A stretch of DNA of 64,000 bases from Candidatus Magasanikiibacteriota bacterium (GTDB taxonomy: Bacteria; Patescibacteriota; Patescibacteriia; Magasanikbacterales; GWA2-37-8), in the NCBI GenBank assembly GCA_041666745.1, contig JBAYGI010000001.1, positions 6,447 through 70,446 of the forward strand. The letters run 5' to 3'. The notes under the pieces are model-generated. The model was not told where the DNA came from. It saw nothing but the letters and a program-made list of their open reading frames with translations, and did not search any database. A program made the position numbers and the translations under genes. Shown here in pieces: positions 56,699 to 64,000 of the stretch (the first letter of the stretch is position 1; every line of letters begins with the position of its first letter).

Positions 56699-58083
56699 AA
56701 ATTTTAAAAATAATTTTAATTGTAATTTTGCTTCTGATAATCGGTGTAGCCGGTTTTGGTTATTGGTCAATTCGTTCCGGTAACTTACAAAAAGCAGTAG
56801 TAAATAAAGTGGCTACTCAATTGGCACAAAATCCTGCTGAGCAAAATTTTTTGCAAACAGTTATGGGTTTTGGGAAACCACGCACTTATTTGATTTTATT
56901 TTTAAATAACACCGAGTTGCGCCCGGGCGGTGGGTTTATTGGCGCTTACGGATTGTTGCGAATGGACAAAGGTACGCCCAGTTTGTTAAAAGTAGAAGGC
57001 ACGGAAATTTTGGATAATACCGGTAAAAAAGATTTTGAATCAGTGGCACCCGCTCCAATTACCAAATATTTAAAAGTGTCCAGATGGTATTTTCGAGATA
57101 GCAATTGGTCGCCGGATTTTGCAAACTCATCACAAAAATCGGCTGAATTATTTTTGAAACAAGGTGGGTTGGGGGAAGTGGAAAATATTGACGCGGTTAT
57201 CGGATTTACTCCATCGGTAATTGAGGAAATATTAAAAATTCACGGTCCGATAAAAATTAACGGTGAAGAATTTAACGCGACGAATTTTACTGAAAAATTG
57301 GAGTATGAAGTTGAATACGGATACAAAGCAAAAGGCATCGAATTTGATCAGCGCAAAAATATGTTGCGTGATTTGGCCTACGCCATGCTGGACAATTTAC
57401 GTTTTGATGTGTTTAAAAATTGGCAGAAGTATTATGATTTGACTCAGCGTTTATTAAAAGAAAAGCAGGTGGTATTTTATGCTCAAAATAATGATGAGCA
57501 AAATATTTTAGCTAGTAAAGATTGGGCGGGAAAAATGAAAACCAGTTCCGGTGATTATTTATTATGGGCGGATGCCAATTTGGGTTCGCTAAAAACCGAC
57601 GCGGCGATCACGCGTGAATTGAGTTATGTGATTGCTCCTACTGGTACAGATAAATTTGTCGCTACTGCCAAAATGAAATTTATTCACAAAGGTAAATTTG
57701 ATTGGCGCACTTCACGTTATCGAGATTACGCGCGCGTGTTTGTGCCGGTTGGTAGTAAACTGATAAAAGCAGTCGGTACTATGGAATCGGAAAAATCTAC
57801 CAAGCCGGGGGTGGTTGATCAGGGTATAGAAAATGGTCGTCAGTGGTTTGGTGGTTTTATTGCGGTTGAGCCGGGTCATACCTCCGAATTGAGTTTCCAA
57901 TATTATTTGCCGGAAAATATTGTTTCAGCTATTAAAAATGGACAATACAATTTATTAACTCAAAAACAAATTGGCACCAATAATATTAAATTGACTTTGG
58001 ATTTAAATTTTGGTAAAAATCACTATAATCAGTTGACGAATTTGCAAGAGGATAGGGAATTTAAAGTAATAATGGCGAAATAG
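56695..58083 (+). CDS. DUF4012-like exported protein
   Basis: Motifs YLILFLNNTELRPGGGFIG and RDSNWSPDF. Confidence 0.82.
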   Translation: MKILKIILIVILLLIIGVAGFGYWSIRSGNLQKAVVNKVATQLAQNPAEQNFLQTVMGFGKPRTYLILFLNNTELRPGGGFIGAYGLLRMDKGTPSLLKVEGTEILDNTGKKDFESVAPAPITKYLKVSRWYFRDSNWSPDFANSSQKSAELFLKQGGLGEVENIDAVIGFTPSVIEEILKIHGPIKINGEEFNATNFTEKLEYEVEYGYKAKGIEFDQRKNMLRDLAYAMLDNLRFDVFKNWQKYYDLTQRLLKEKQVVFYAQNNDEQNILASKDWAGKMKTSSGDYLLWADANLGSLKTDAAITRELSYVIAPTGTDKFVATAKMKFIHKGKFDWRTSRYRDYARVFVPVGSKLIKAVGTMESEKSTKPGVVDQGIENGRQWFGGFIAVEPGHTSELSFQYYLPENIVSAIKNGQYNLLTQKQIGTNNIKLTLDLNFGKNHYNQLTNLQEDREFKVIMAK

Positions 58084-58084
58084 T

Positions 58085-59092
58085 ATGTTTATCAAGAAAA
58101 TCGGCATTGATTTGGGGACGACGAATGTTTTGGTGTATGTACCCAAAAAAGGGATTGTTTTGAACGAACCAAGTGTCGTGGCAATATCCAAAGCCGATGG
58201 TAAAGTGTTGGCGGTTGGCTTGGAAGCCAAAGATATGTTGGGGCGAACACCGGATACGATTGTCGCCGAACGTCCGCTCAAAGATGGAGTGATTGCCAAC
58301 TACCAAATAACCGAGGCGATGTTGCGTTATTTTATAAACAAAGCTTTGGGTGGGGCGCGTTTGTTTAGACCGGAGGTAATGGTGGCGGTGCCGGCGGGAA
58401 TTACTTCGACCGAAAGACGCGCGGTGATTGATGCGACTATCGCGGCCGGCGCGCGGGCGGCTTATATTATCAAAGAACCGATTGTCGCGGCGATTGGCGC
58501 GGATATTCCGATTGGCGCGGCCTCTGGACATATGATTATCGATATTGGCGGGGGCACGGCTGAAATCGCGGTGATTTCTTTGGGCGGAATTGTTTCGAGT
58601 GGATCAGCTCGGGTTGGTGGTACAAAATTTGATCGAGCGATTGTGGAACATATTCGTCAAAAATATAATTTGGCGGTTGGTGAACGCACTTCTGAAGATA
58701 TTAAAATTACCGTTGGGTCGGCGATGTTTATGGACAAGCCTTTGACTATGGAAGTAAAAGGACGTGATATGATCAATGGACTGCCTCGTATTATTACTGT
58801 TTCTTCTGATGATACTACCGAAGCTTTGCAACACGAGCTAGGTCTTTTGATTGACGCTATCAAACAAGTGCTTTTTGATACTCCGCCGGAATTGTCGGCC
58901 GATGTGATGGATAAAGGAATAATAATGTCGGGCGGATCTTCGTTGCTGCGCAATTTGGATGAGTTGGTGGCTCAAGCGACTGGGGTGCCGACTTATTTGG
59001 CTGAGGAGCCTTTGTTGTGTGTGGTGAAGGGGACGGGGATTGCGTTGGATAATTTGGATAGTTATAAGCGTAGTATTTTGGCTACTAAATAA
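58085..59092 (+). CDS. mreB: Rod shape-determining protein MreB/Mbl
   Basis: Motifs IGIDLGTTN, NEPSVVA, RPLKDGVIA and DIGGGT. Confidence 0.95.
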   Translation: MFIKKIGIDLGTTNVLVYVPKKGIVLNEPSVVAISKADGKVLAVGLEAKDMLGRTPDTIVAERPLKDGVIANYQITEAMLRYFINKALGGARLFRPEVMVAVPAGITSTERRAVIDATIAAGARAAYIIKEPIVAAIGADIPIGAASGHMIIDIGGGTAEIAVISLGGIVSSGSARVGGTKFDRAIVEHIRQKYNLAVGERTSEDIKITVGSAMFMDKPLTMEVKGRDMINGLPRIITVSSDDTTEALQHELGLLIDAIKQVLFDTPPELSADVMDKGIIMSGGSSLLRNLDELVAQATGVPTYLAEEPLLCVVKGTGIALDNLDSYKRSILATK

Positions 59093-59116
59093 TTTTCTTC
59101 ATTTTTTTTATTTTTC

Positions 59117-59248
59117 GGACAAGCCTTGATAATATGTATTTTGAAACACGTGTCGGTTTTGTTTCGACAAAACCGCACTCTCACTCACTTCGGCTGTGAG
59201 ACCGAAGTTCCGTGGCGGTTTCAAAACACATATTACCAAGGCTTGTCC
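59117..59248. repeat. Branched palindrome between mreB and the GT4 gene
   Basis: 31 bp outer stem GGACAAGCCTTG.TAATATGT.TTTTGAAAC enclosing two hairpins. Confidence 0.85.
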
Positions 59249-59267
59249 TCTGAATATCTTCTTTTTT

Positions 59268-60389
59268 ATGTTTATTGGTATCGATGCTTCACATGCAAAT
59301 AAGTTACAACGGACTGGTGTGGAAGAATATTGTTGGCAGGTGATTCAGGAATTAAAAAAAATTGTGCCGAGTGACTGTCGGGTGGTTTTGTATTCCAATG
59401 GTAATTTGTTGCCGGAGTTGGATCAGTTGCCGGCAAACTGGGAATTAAAAATTTTAAAATGGCCATTGAAAAAAATGTGGAGCCAGTTTCCTTTGGCTTA
59501 TGAGCTTTGGAAAAATCCGCCGGATGTTTATTTTTCTCCGGGACAATTGTTGCCATTTTTTGCTCCCAAAAATTCGGTGGTGATGGTGCACGATAGCGCG
59601 TTTGAAGCTTATCCGAATGTTTATAGATTTTTTGGTCGGCAATATTTGAAATGGATGAATCGGTTGATTGTCAAAAAATCTAAGTTGATTTTAACTTCGA
59701 CGGAATTTAATAAACAGGAAATGTTAAAATTTTATGATTCCCCCCACTGTCATTCCGACCGACTGAAAGGAGTGGAGGAATCTCTTTCCAATAAAATAAA
59801 AGTTATCCCCCTGGCCTGTGATTCTAAAAAATTTAATTTAGAAAAATCCGCCGGTCAAAATATTTATGGTAAATATATTTTGTCTATTGGTCGGCTGGAA
59901 GAAAAAAAGAATACCGCTAGAATTGTGGAAGCTTTTGGTTTGGTAAAAAAACAATTTTCAGATTTAAAATTGGTTTTAATTGGAAAACACGGAGCGTGTT
60001 TTGAAAAAATTCAGAGAGCGATTGATAGTAGTGAATACAAAAAAGACATTATTTTACTTGGGTTTGTGGAGGCGGATGAATTGTTAACTATATTAAAAAA
60101 CGCGCAGGTATTCGTGTTTCCTTCACTGTATGAGGGGTTTGGTATTCCAGTATTGGAGGCGATGACGGTGGGAGTACCGGTGGTGGTGAGTAAAGGCGGT
60201 GCTTTGGAAGAAGTAGGAAAAGAAGCGGTGGAGTGTGTGGATCCACTGGATACAAAAGATATTAGCGAGAAAATTTTAAACCTTTTGCAGGATGAAGAAT
60301 ATAAAAAACAAAAAATCGCCTTAGGTTTGGAAAGAGTAAAACAATTTTCTTGGGAAAAAACCGCGCGAGAGACATACCTATCATTATGA
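59268..60389 (+). CDS. GT4-family glycosyltransferase
   Basis: Motifs IGIDAS, TGVEEY, IGRLEEKKN and FPSLYEGFGIPVLEA. Confidence 0.92.
   Translation: MFIGIDASHANKLQRTGVEEYCWQVIQELKKIVPSDCRVVLYSNGNLLPELDQLPANWELKILKWPLKKMWSQFPLAYELWKNPPDVYFSPGQLLPFFAPKNSVVMVHDSAFEAYPNVYRFFGRQYLKWMNRLIVKKSKLILTSTEFNKQEMLKFYDSPHCHSDRLKGVEESLSNKIKVIPLACDSKKFNLEKSAGQNIYGKYILSIGRLEEKKNTARIVEAFGLVKKQFSDLKLVLIGKHGACFEKIQRAIDSSEYKKDIILLGFVEADELLTILKNAQVFVFPSLYEGFGIPVLEAMTVGVPVVVSKGGALEEVGKEAVECVDPLDTKDISEKILNLLQDEEYKKQKIALGLERVKQFSWEKTARETYLSL
59748..59784. repeat. Family A repeat, in-frame in the GT4 gene
   Basis: TGTCATTCCGACCGACTGAAAGGAGTGGAGGAATCTC encodes CHSDRLKGVEES. Confidence 0.8.
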
Positions 60390-60400
60390 TGAATATTGCC

Positions 60401-60430
60401 TGTCATTCCGAGCGAAGCCGAGGAATCCCT
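60401..60430. repeat. Family A repeat, intergenic
   Basis: TGTCATTCCGAGCGAAGCCGAGGAATCCCT, nearly identical to the valS copy. Confidence 0.85.
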
Positions 60431-60437
60431 TTCAAAT

Positions 60438-60470
60438 AAAAAATCCGACTAAACTATGGTCGGATTTTTT
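60438..60470. terminator. Bidirectional terminator
   Basis: AAAAATCCGAC/GTCGGATTTTT. Confidence 0.7.
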
Positions 60471-60546
60471 AACCTTTTAAATTCATTTCTCTCTTGAATT
60501 TAATAGGAGGGGGAGGTGCACGGAGCGCCTAGTAGCCCTCCACTTT

Positions 60547-61089
60547 TCATTCGCACCTCCGAAAGAACTTTTTGCCGAGTTTCTGCGCCAGATCCGCCAT
60601 GCGGTTGGTGCGTTCGACATCGGCTGTTGTTTGAGAGCGGGCGACGCGCAACTGTGCGATTCGCTCGCGGATTTCTGCGGTGGTCGCGGATGTGTCGGTT
60701 AGGGTAATGTAGCCCAACATGTGGGCTGCATGAATCCCTACCTCGCCACCGTGGCCGTGTATATCCGACCAGATTTTCAACGCCATTTTCTGGGCGCTGA
60801 TATCTCCGGTTATCCGCCACCATATGAACAGTAGGTTGGCCAACATGTTTTTGGCCTCACCATCCTTGAGCGTTGCTGTCACGCTCATTTCCTCCAGAAA
60901 TTTTAAGCCTCCGTACCGCTCCATGACCGTCATGGCGGCTTTTTCGCGTCCGTCGCTGATGAGGTTCGTCACCATGTTTTGGACGAACTCCAGCTTCGCA
61001 AGGTCTGCGATCATATTGCCCTCCGCAAGCTGTAAATGCACAGCACTGGCAAAACAGTTGATATTATCAGGTCTGTTAAGTTTTGTCAA
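60547..61089 (-). CDS. GC-rich hypothetical ORF, probably a 5'-truncated foreign fragment
   Basis: 180-codon ORF with only a TTG start and no clear ribosome-binding context; composition differs from the flanks. Confidence 0.55.
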   Translation of the reverse strand: MTKLNRPDNINCFASAVHLQLAEGNMIADLAKLEFVQNMVTNLISDGREKAAMTVMERYGGLKFLEEMSVTATLKDGEAKNMLANLLFIWWRITGDISAQKMALKIWSDIHGHGGEVGIHAAHMLGYITLTDTSATTAEIRERIAQLRVARSQTTADVERTNRMADLAQKLGKKFFRRCE

Positions 61090-61195
61090 TGTCGGGTATG
61101 TTCGGGTGGCTGTGCAAAACTTTGACGATTTGCCAAAAAAGTGTTATATTAGAATTAATTAAAATTATTTTATTTTAAAATAAACTTTGAACAAT

Positions 61196-63649
61196 ATGAC
61201 AAAAAGAAATAAGGAATCTTTTGGGGCTCCACAAGAAGCTCGAGAACCTAAGGTTGGTGGGGTTGAAAAAAATAAAAAGGTAGAGGTGTGGACAGACGAA
61301 AGAGCCAATGAAGATTCAGAAGCGAAGGCCAATCGTTTGTTTGATCAGATGAAGAAAGATCTGAGAGAAAAAAGAGCGGAAGCAAAAAAGGAAGGCAAAA
61401 GTGAAACGGAAATTAAAGCTATTAAATTTGACAAAAGTTCGGATGCCTACAGAGCGTGGATTGATGCCTGCAGTGATAACACCTATGAAGATTTGGATAA
61501 AAGAGAAAGTGAATTGCACGCTAGATTAGAAAAAGCTCAAGAGGCCGGTGAAGATGTTGAAAAAAGCGGTTTATATGACCAGTGGGAAAGAGCCAACAGA
61601 AAGCTTGGTACGGTTTCCGCAGCTAGGAGAATTAGAAAGGAATTAGATATAAAACTAACTAGCATAGAAGATAGAATAGGAGATTTAACAGAAAAATCAG
61701 GAAGTTTGGGTGGAGACAATTTATCTATCGGTGCTGAGGTCATTACTTTGGGTGGAGAAATTGACGTTGTAACTGCCCAAAGAAGTGTAGTAGATACACT
61801 CGCGGTTAACCCAGATGATGTGATTGAAATGCCACCACCATTCACAATAGAAAACATATTGGAAAGTGAAAATGATGCAAGTGCACTTGAAGCAATCATG
61901 GAAGAAGTTGACCCGAGATTAGCTACGGTTGAAGGTGGTTTTTTTGGTGTTGAAGCTTCTTCCGGAGGTAGAGGCGCAGAAAAAATCATATCAGTTTTTT
62001 CAAAAGAATTAGCCAAAGATGAAAAGGCCAAAATTGGTTTTAGGGAAGCAGTCTTTACTCAAAAGTTAAATCAATACGTGGGTGATGATGAGGTTTTTGC
62101 TGGCTTGTTATTAAAAAATAAAGAATTTATAGGGGCAGTCAATGATTTTTTTAATGCCAAGGTTGGACCGTTTGGTAATAAGGCAATGGAAATGGCGGCG
62201 ACATTTACTTATATTTTGGAGATTGCCCGCTCTATTTATGATACACAAAAGACTGAAATGTCACGAGCCAAAAACCAAGATTCTGAAGTGGAGCCACGAA
62301 AAGAAGGTGTAAGTTTTGTGGAGAATGAAACAGTGCCGTCAAATTTGATGGAGCACACAGCAATAAAAAGATTTTTTGGGAGTTTAGATAAAAAGTCCGG
62401 AATAAAGGATCCAGGAAAATTAAAAGCTGAGGTTAGCAGTTTGAAGTCGGATATGAATGTCAAAAAAGCTGATTTGGAAATTCAGCAAGACACTTTGAAA
62501 CAATGCAAGTGGTATGAATTCAACAAAAAGAGTCAATTAAAAGATAAAATAAAATCTACCACCAAGGATATTGCCGGGTTGTTTGAGGCGCTCGTGCATT
62601 TGGGAGATCAGATTACTGGCAAAGAAGTGGATGGTCATTTGTTAGCAGGTTCAGATTTAGCCAATTTAAATTTAGTTTTGGCTGATCAAATAAATCAACT
62701 AAAATCCGGTAAAGAAAAAATTGGTTCTACGGATTTCTTCGATAGGTTTGCTGAAGTGTCAGCCGTGCTGGCTGCATTGGCAGTTATGTTTTCTGTGGCC
62801 ATGGCGGCTAGAAGCGAAGGAAAGGCCAGACCACAACAAGCAGAAGAAACTGAGATGGTCAGTGTAGTAAATGAAGCAACAACTGAAACAGAAGAAACAG
62901 AGGCGCCGGTTAGTGGTAGTCGTGAAGAAGTTCAACCAAAGGATTTTGATCTGGGTATTACAGCACTTCCTGGTTTTATAGAAAATGAAACACCGTCGGT
63001 AGTTAAGAAAACTACCAGAGGAGCAAGACATATAGAATCAAAACCTGGTTCTTCTGCGGACACAAAATTAACGTACGAAGAACAAATGAAAAAGTTTGAT
63101 GATCAAATCGAATCTCAACGCAGGTATGTCCGTGGTTTAGAAGAACACAAAGGAAAAAGTACAACACCGACATTGGATATTGAAAATCTAGGAAAGGAAG
63201 ACAAAACATCACCTGTCTGGCATGAAAATACTATCGCCAAGGCTGAAGCAAAGATATTGGAATTAGAAGCAGCCAAACGAGCTTATTCTTTGAAAAAACA
63301 CCAAGATGATATTTCAAGAGAGACCAAAGTTCCAGGATCTGTTCCAAAAGTTCAAGTAGAGGTAGAACGACAAGTTGATTACAAGAGTCTTGATTTTAGC
63401 CGACCATATATTGGTCAGTTAGGTACTGCCTTTGATTTGGTGAGAGAAATACACGAACTTGCTTCAGTGGCAAAACCACGTGATTTAAAAGGATTGGTAA
63501 CCAAGTTAGGGACAGCAATTAGCTCAAGTGAACAGTTTAGGGGGCAAGGTAATCATAGTGCCGGTGATATTACAGCGGCAAAAAATTTAGAAAAAGTTGC
63601 CAAAGAAATGCGCAATAAAATAAATAACAACCAATTGAGCGGGTTATAA
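61196..63649 (+). CDS. Large coiled-coil hypothetical protein with one internal hydrophobic helix
   Basis: Long E/K-rich ORF with VSAVLAALAVMFSVAMAA; promoter TTGACG-17 bp-TATATT upstream. Confidence 0.8.
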   Translation: MTKRNKESFGAPQEAREPKVGGVEKNKKVEVWTDERANEDSEAKANRLFDQMKKDLREKRAEAKKEGKSETEIKAIKFDKSSDAYRAWIDACSDNTYEDLDKRESELHARLEKAQEAGEDVEKSGLYDQWERANRKLGTVSAARRIRKELDIKLTSIEDRIGDLTEKSGSLGGDNLSIGAEVITLGGEIDVVTAQRSVVDTLAVNPDDVIEMPPPFTIENILESENDASALEAIMEEVDPRLATVEGGFFGVEASSGGRGAEKIISVFSKELAKDEKAKIGFREAVFTQKLNQYVGDDEVFAGLLLKNKEFIGAVNDFFNAKVGPFGNKAMEMAATFTYILEIARSIYDTQKTEMSRAKNQDSEVEPRKEGVSFVENETVPSNLMEHTAIKRFFGSLDKKSGIKDPGKLKAEVSSLKSDMNVKKADLEIQQDTLKQCKWYEFNKKSQLKDKIKSTTKDIAGLFEALVHLGDQITGKEVDGHLLAGSDLANLNLVLADQINQLKSGKEKIGSTDFFDRFAEVSAVLAALAVMFSVAMAARSEGKARPQQAEETEMVSVVNEATTETEETEAPVSGSREEVQPKDFDLGITALPGFIENETPSVVKKTTRGARHIESKPGSSADTKLTYEEQMKKFDDQIESQRRYVRGLEEHKGKSTTPTLDIENLGKEDKTSPVWHENTIAKAEAKILELEAAKRAYSLKKHQDDISRETKVPGSVPKVQVEVERQVDYKSLDFSRPYIGQLGTAFDLVREIHELASVAKPRDLKGLVTKLGTAISSSEQFRGQGNHSAGDITAAKNLEKVAKEMRNKINNNQLSGL

Positions 63650-63666
63650 TCAGAACCACAAAACCA

Positions 63667-63707
63667 AAAATTTAAAAAACCGGTTATCCGCCGGTTTTTT
63701 AAATTTT
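63667..63707 (+). terminator. Intrinsic terminator
   Basis: AAAATTTAAAAAACCGG/CCGGTTTTTTAAATTTT. Confidence 0.75.
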
Positions 63708-63754
63708 AAATAGTTGCAAAATTTGGTGTTTTTTGTTATGATAAATATGTATTT

Positions 63755-64000
63755 ATGCAGTTTATAGGCCAACCGCACATAACGTCATTTTTTGATTTAG
63801 CCTTCAAACATTCCAGTTTAGGGCAGTCTTATTGTTTTGTCGGCGCGTCACAAATTGGAAAACGCACTTTGGCCAATAATTTGGCTGCTCAGATTTTGGA
63901 TGTTGAATTGGAAAAATTAAAATTCAATCCGGATTATTATTATTTGGAGCGTCAAGAAGAGGAAAAAACCGGAAAAAAGAAAAAGGAAATTTCCGTGAAT
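63755..64000 (+). CDS. holB: DNA polymerase III delta' subunit (partial, runs off the window)
   Basis: Hand translation MQFIGQPHI...QSYCFVGASQIGKRTLA...NPDYY...KKEISV. Confidence 0.8.
   Translation, partial: MQFIGQPHITSFFDLAFKHSSLGQSYCFVGASQIGKRTLANNLAAQILDVELEKLKFNPDYYYLERQEEEKTGKKKKEISVN

Noticed and set aside
2441-60430. CRISPR array from the recurring palindromes
   Set aside because: The copies are dispersed and variable, with no regular repeat-spacer periodicity and no cas genes.
1-64000. Alternative genetic code 25 (TGA read as Gly), as in Gracilibacteria
   Set aside because: Conserved genes are full length under code 11, and TGA terminates several of them (integrase, uvrC, site-2 protease).

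Overview
This AT-rich bacterial chromosome segment looks like Patescibacteria/CPR (Parcubacteria-ABY1-like). That placement is my inference from the compact gene packing, AT-rich starts with almost no Shine-Dalgarno sequences, archaeal-type AspRS and PyrH, and typical CPR hypothetical families. The genetic code is standard code 11. Most of the window is housekeeping: translation (prfA, prmC, rpmE, rpsB, tsf, rplY, rplJ, rplL, rpmB, aspS, valS, tyrS, argS, tRNA-Leu), lower glycolysis (gap, pgk, eno, two gpmI), scpAB, xseAB, ndk, pyrH, pyrD, mreB and glycosyltransferases. Five observations stand out. (1) At 1-2303 there is an integron-like cassette system whose IntI-like tyrosine recombinase lacks the IntI-specific I2 insertion. 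It has an attI-like site, two tandem non-canonical attC-like hairpins (ATT core, 3-4 nt bulge), a gene-less mini-cassette, and a gene cassette whose two ends are complementary for about 75 nt. The integrase overlaps the start of uvrC. (2) Two probable paralogs flanking gap are both broken at the same AAGAGAGAGA tract in the same codon phase. (3) Two families of small palindromic repeats are inserted in-frame in core proteins. (4) There are three long branched intergenic palindromes. (5) There are three GC-rich single-gene foreign inserts, two of them truncated. All product calls come from reading motifs by eye; no database search was run.
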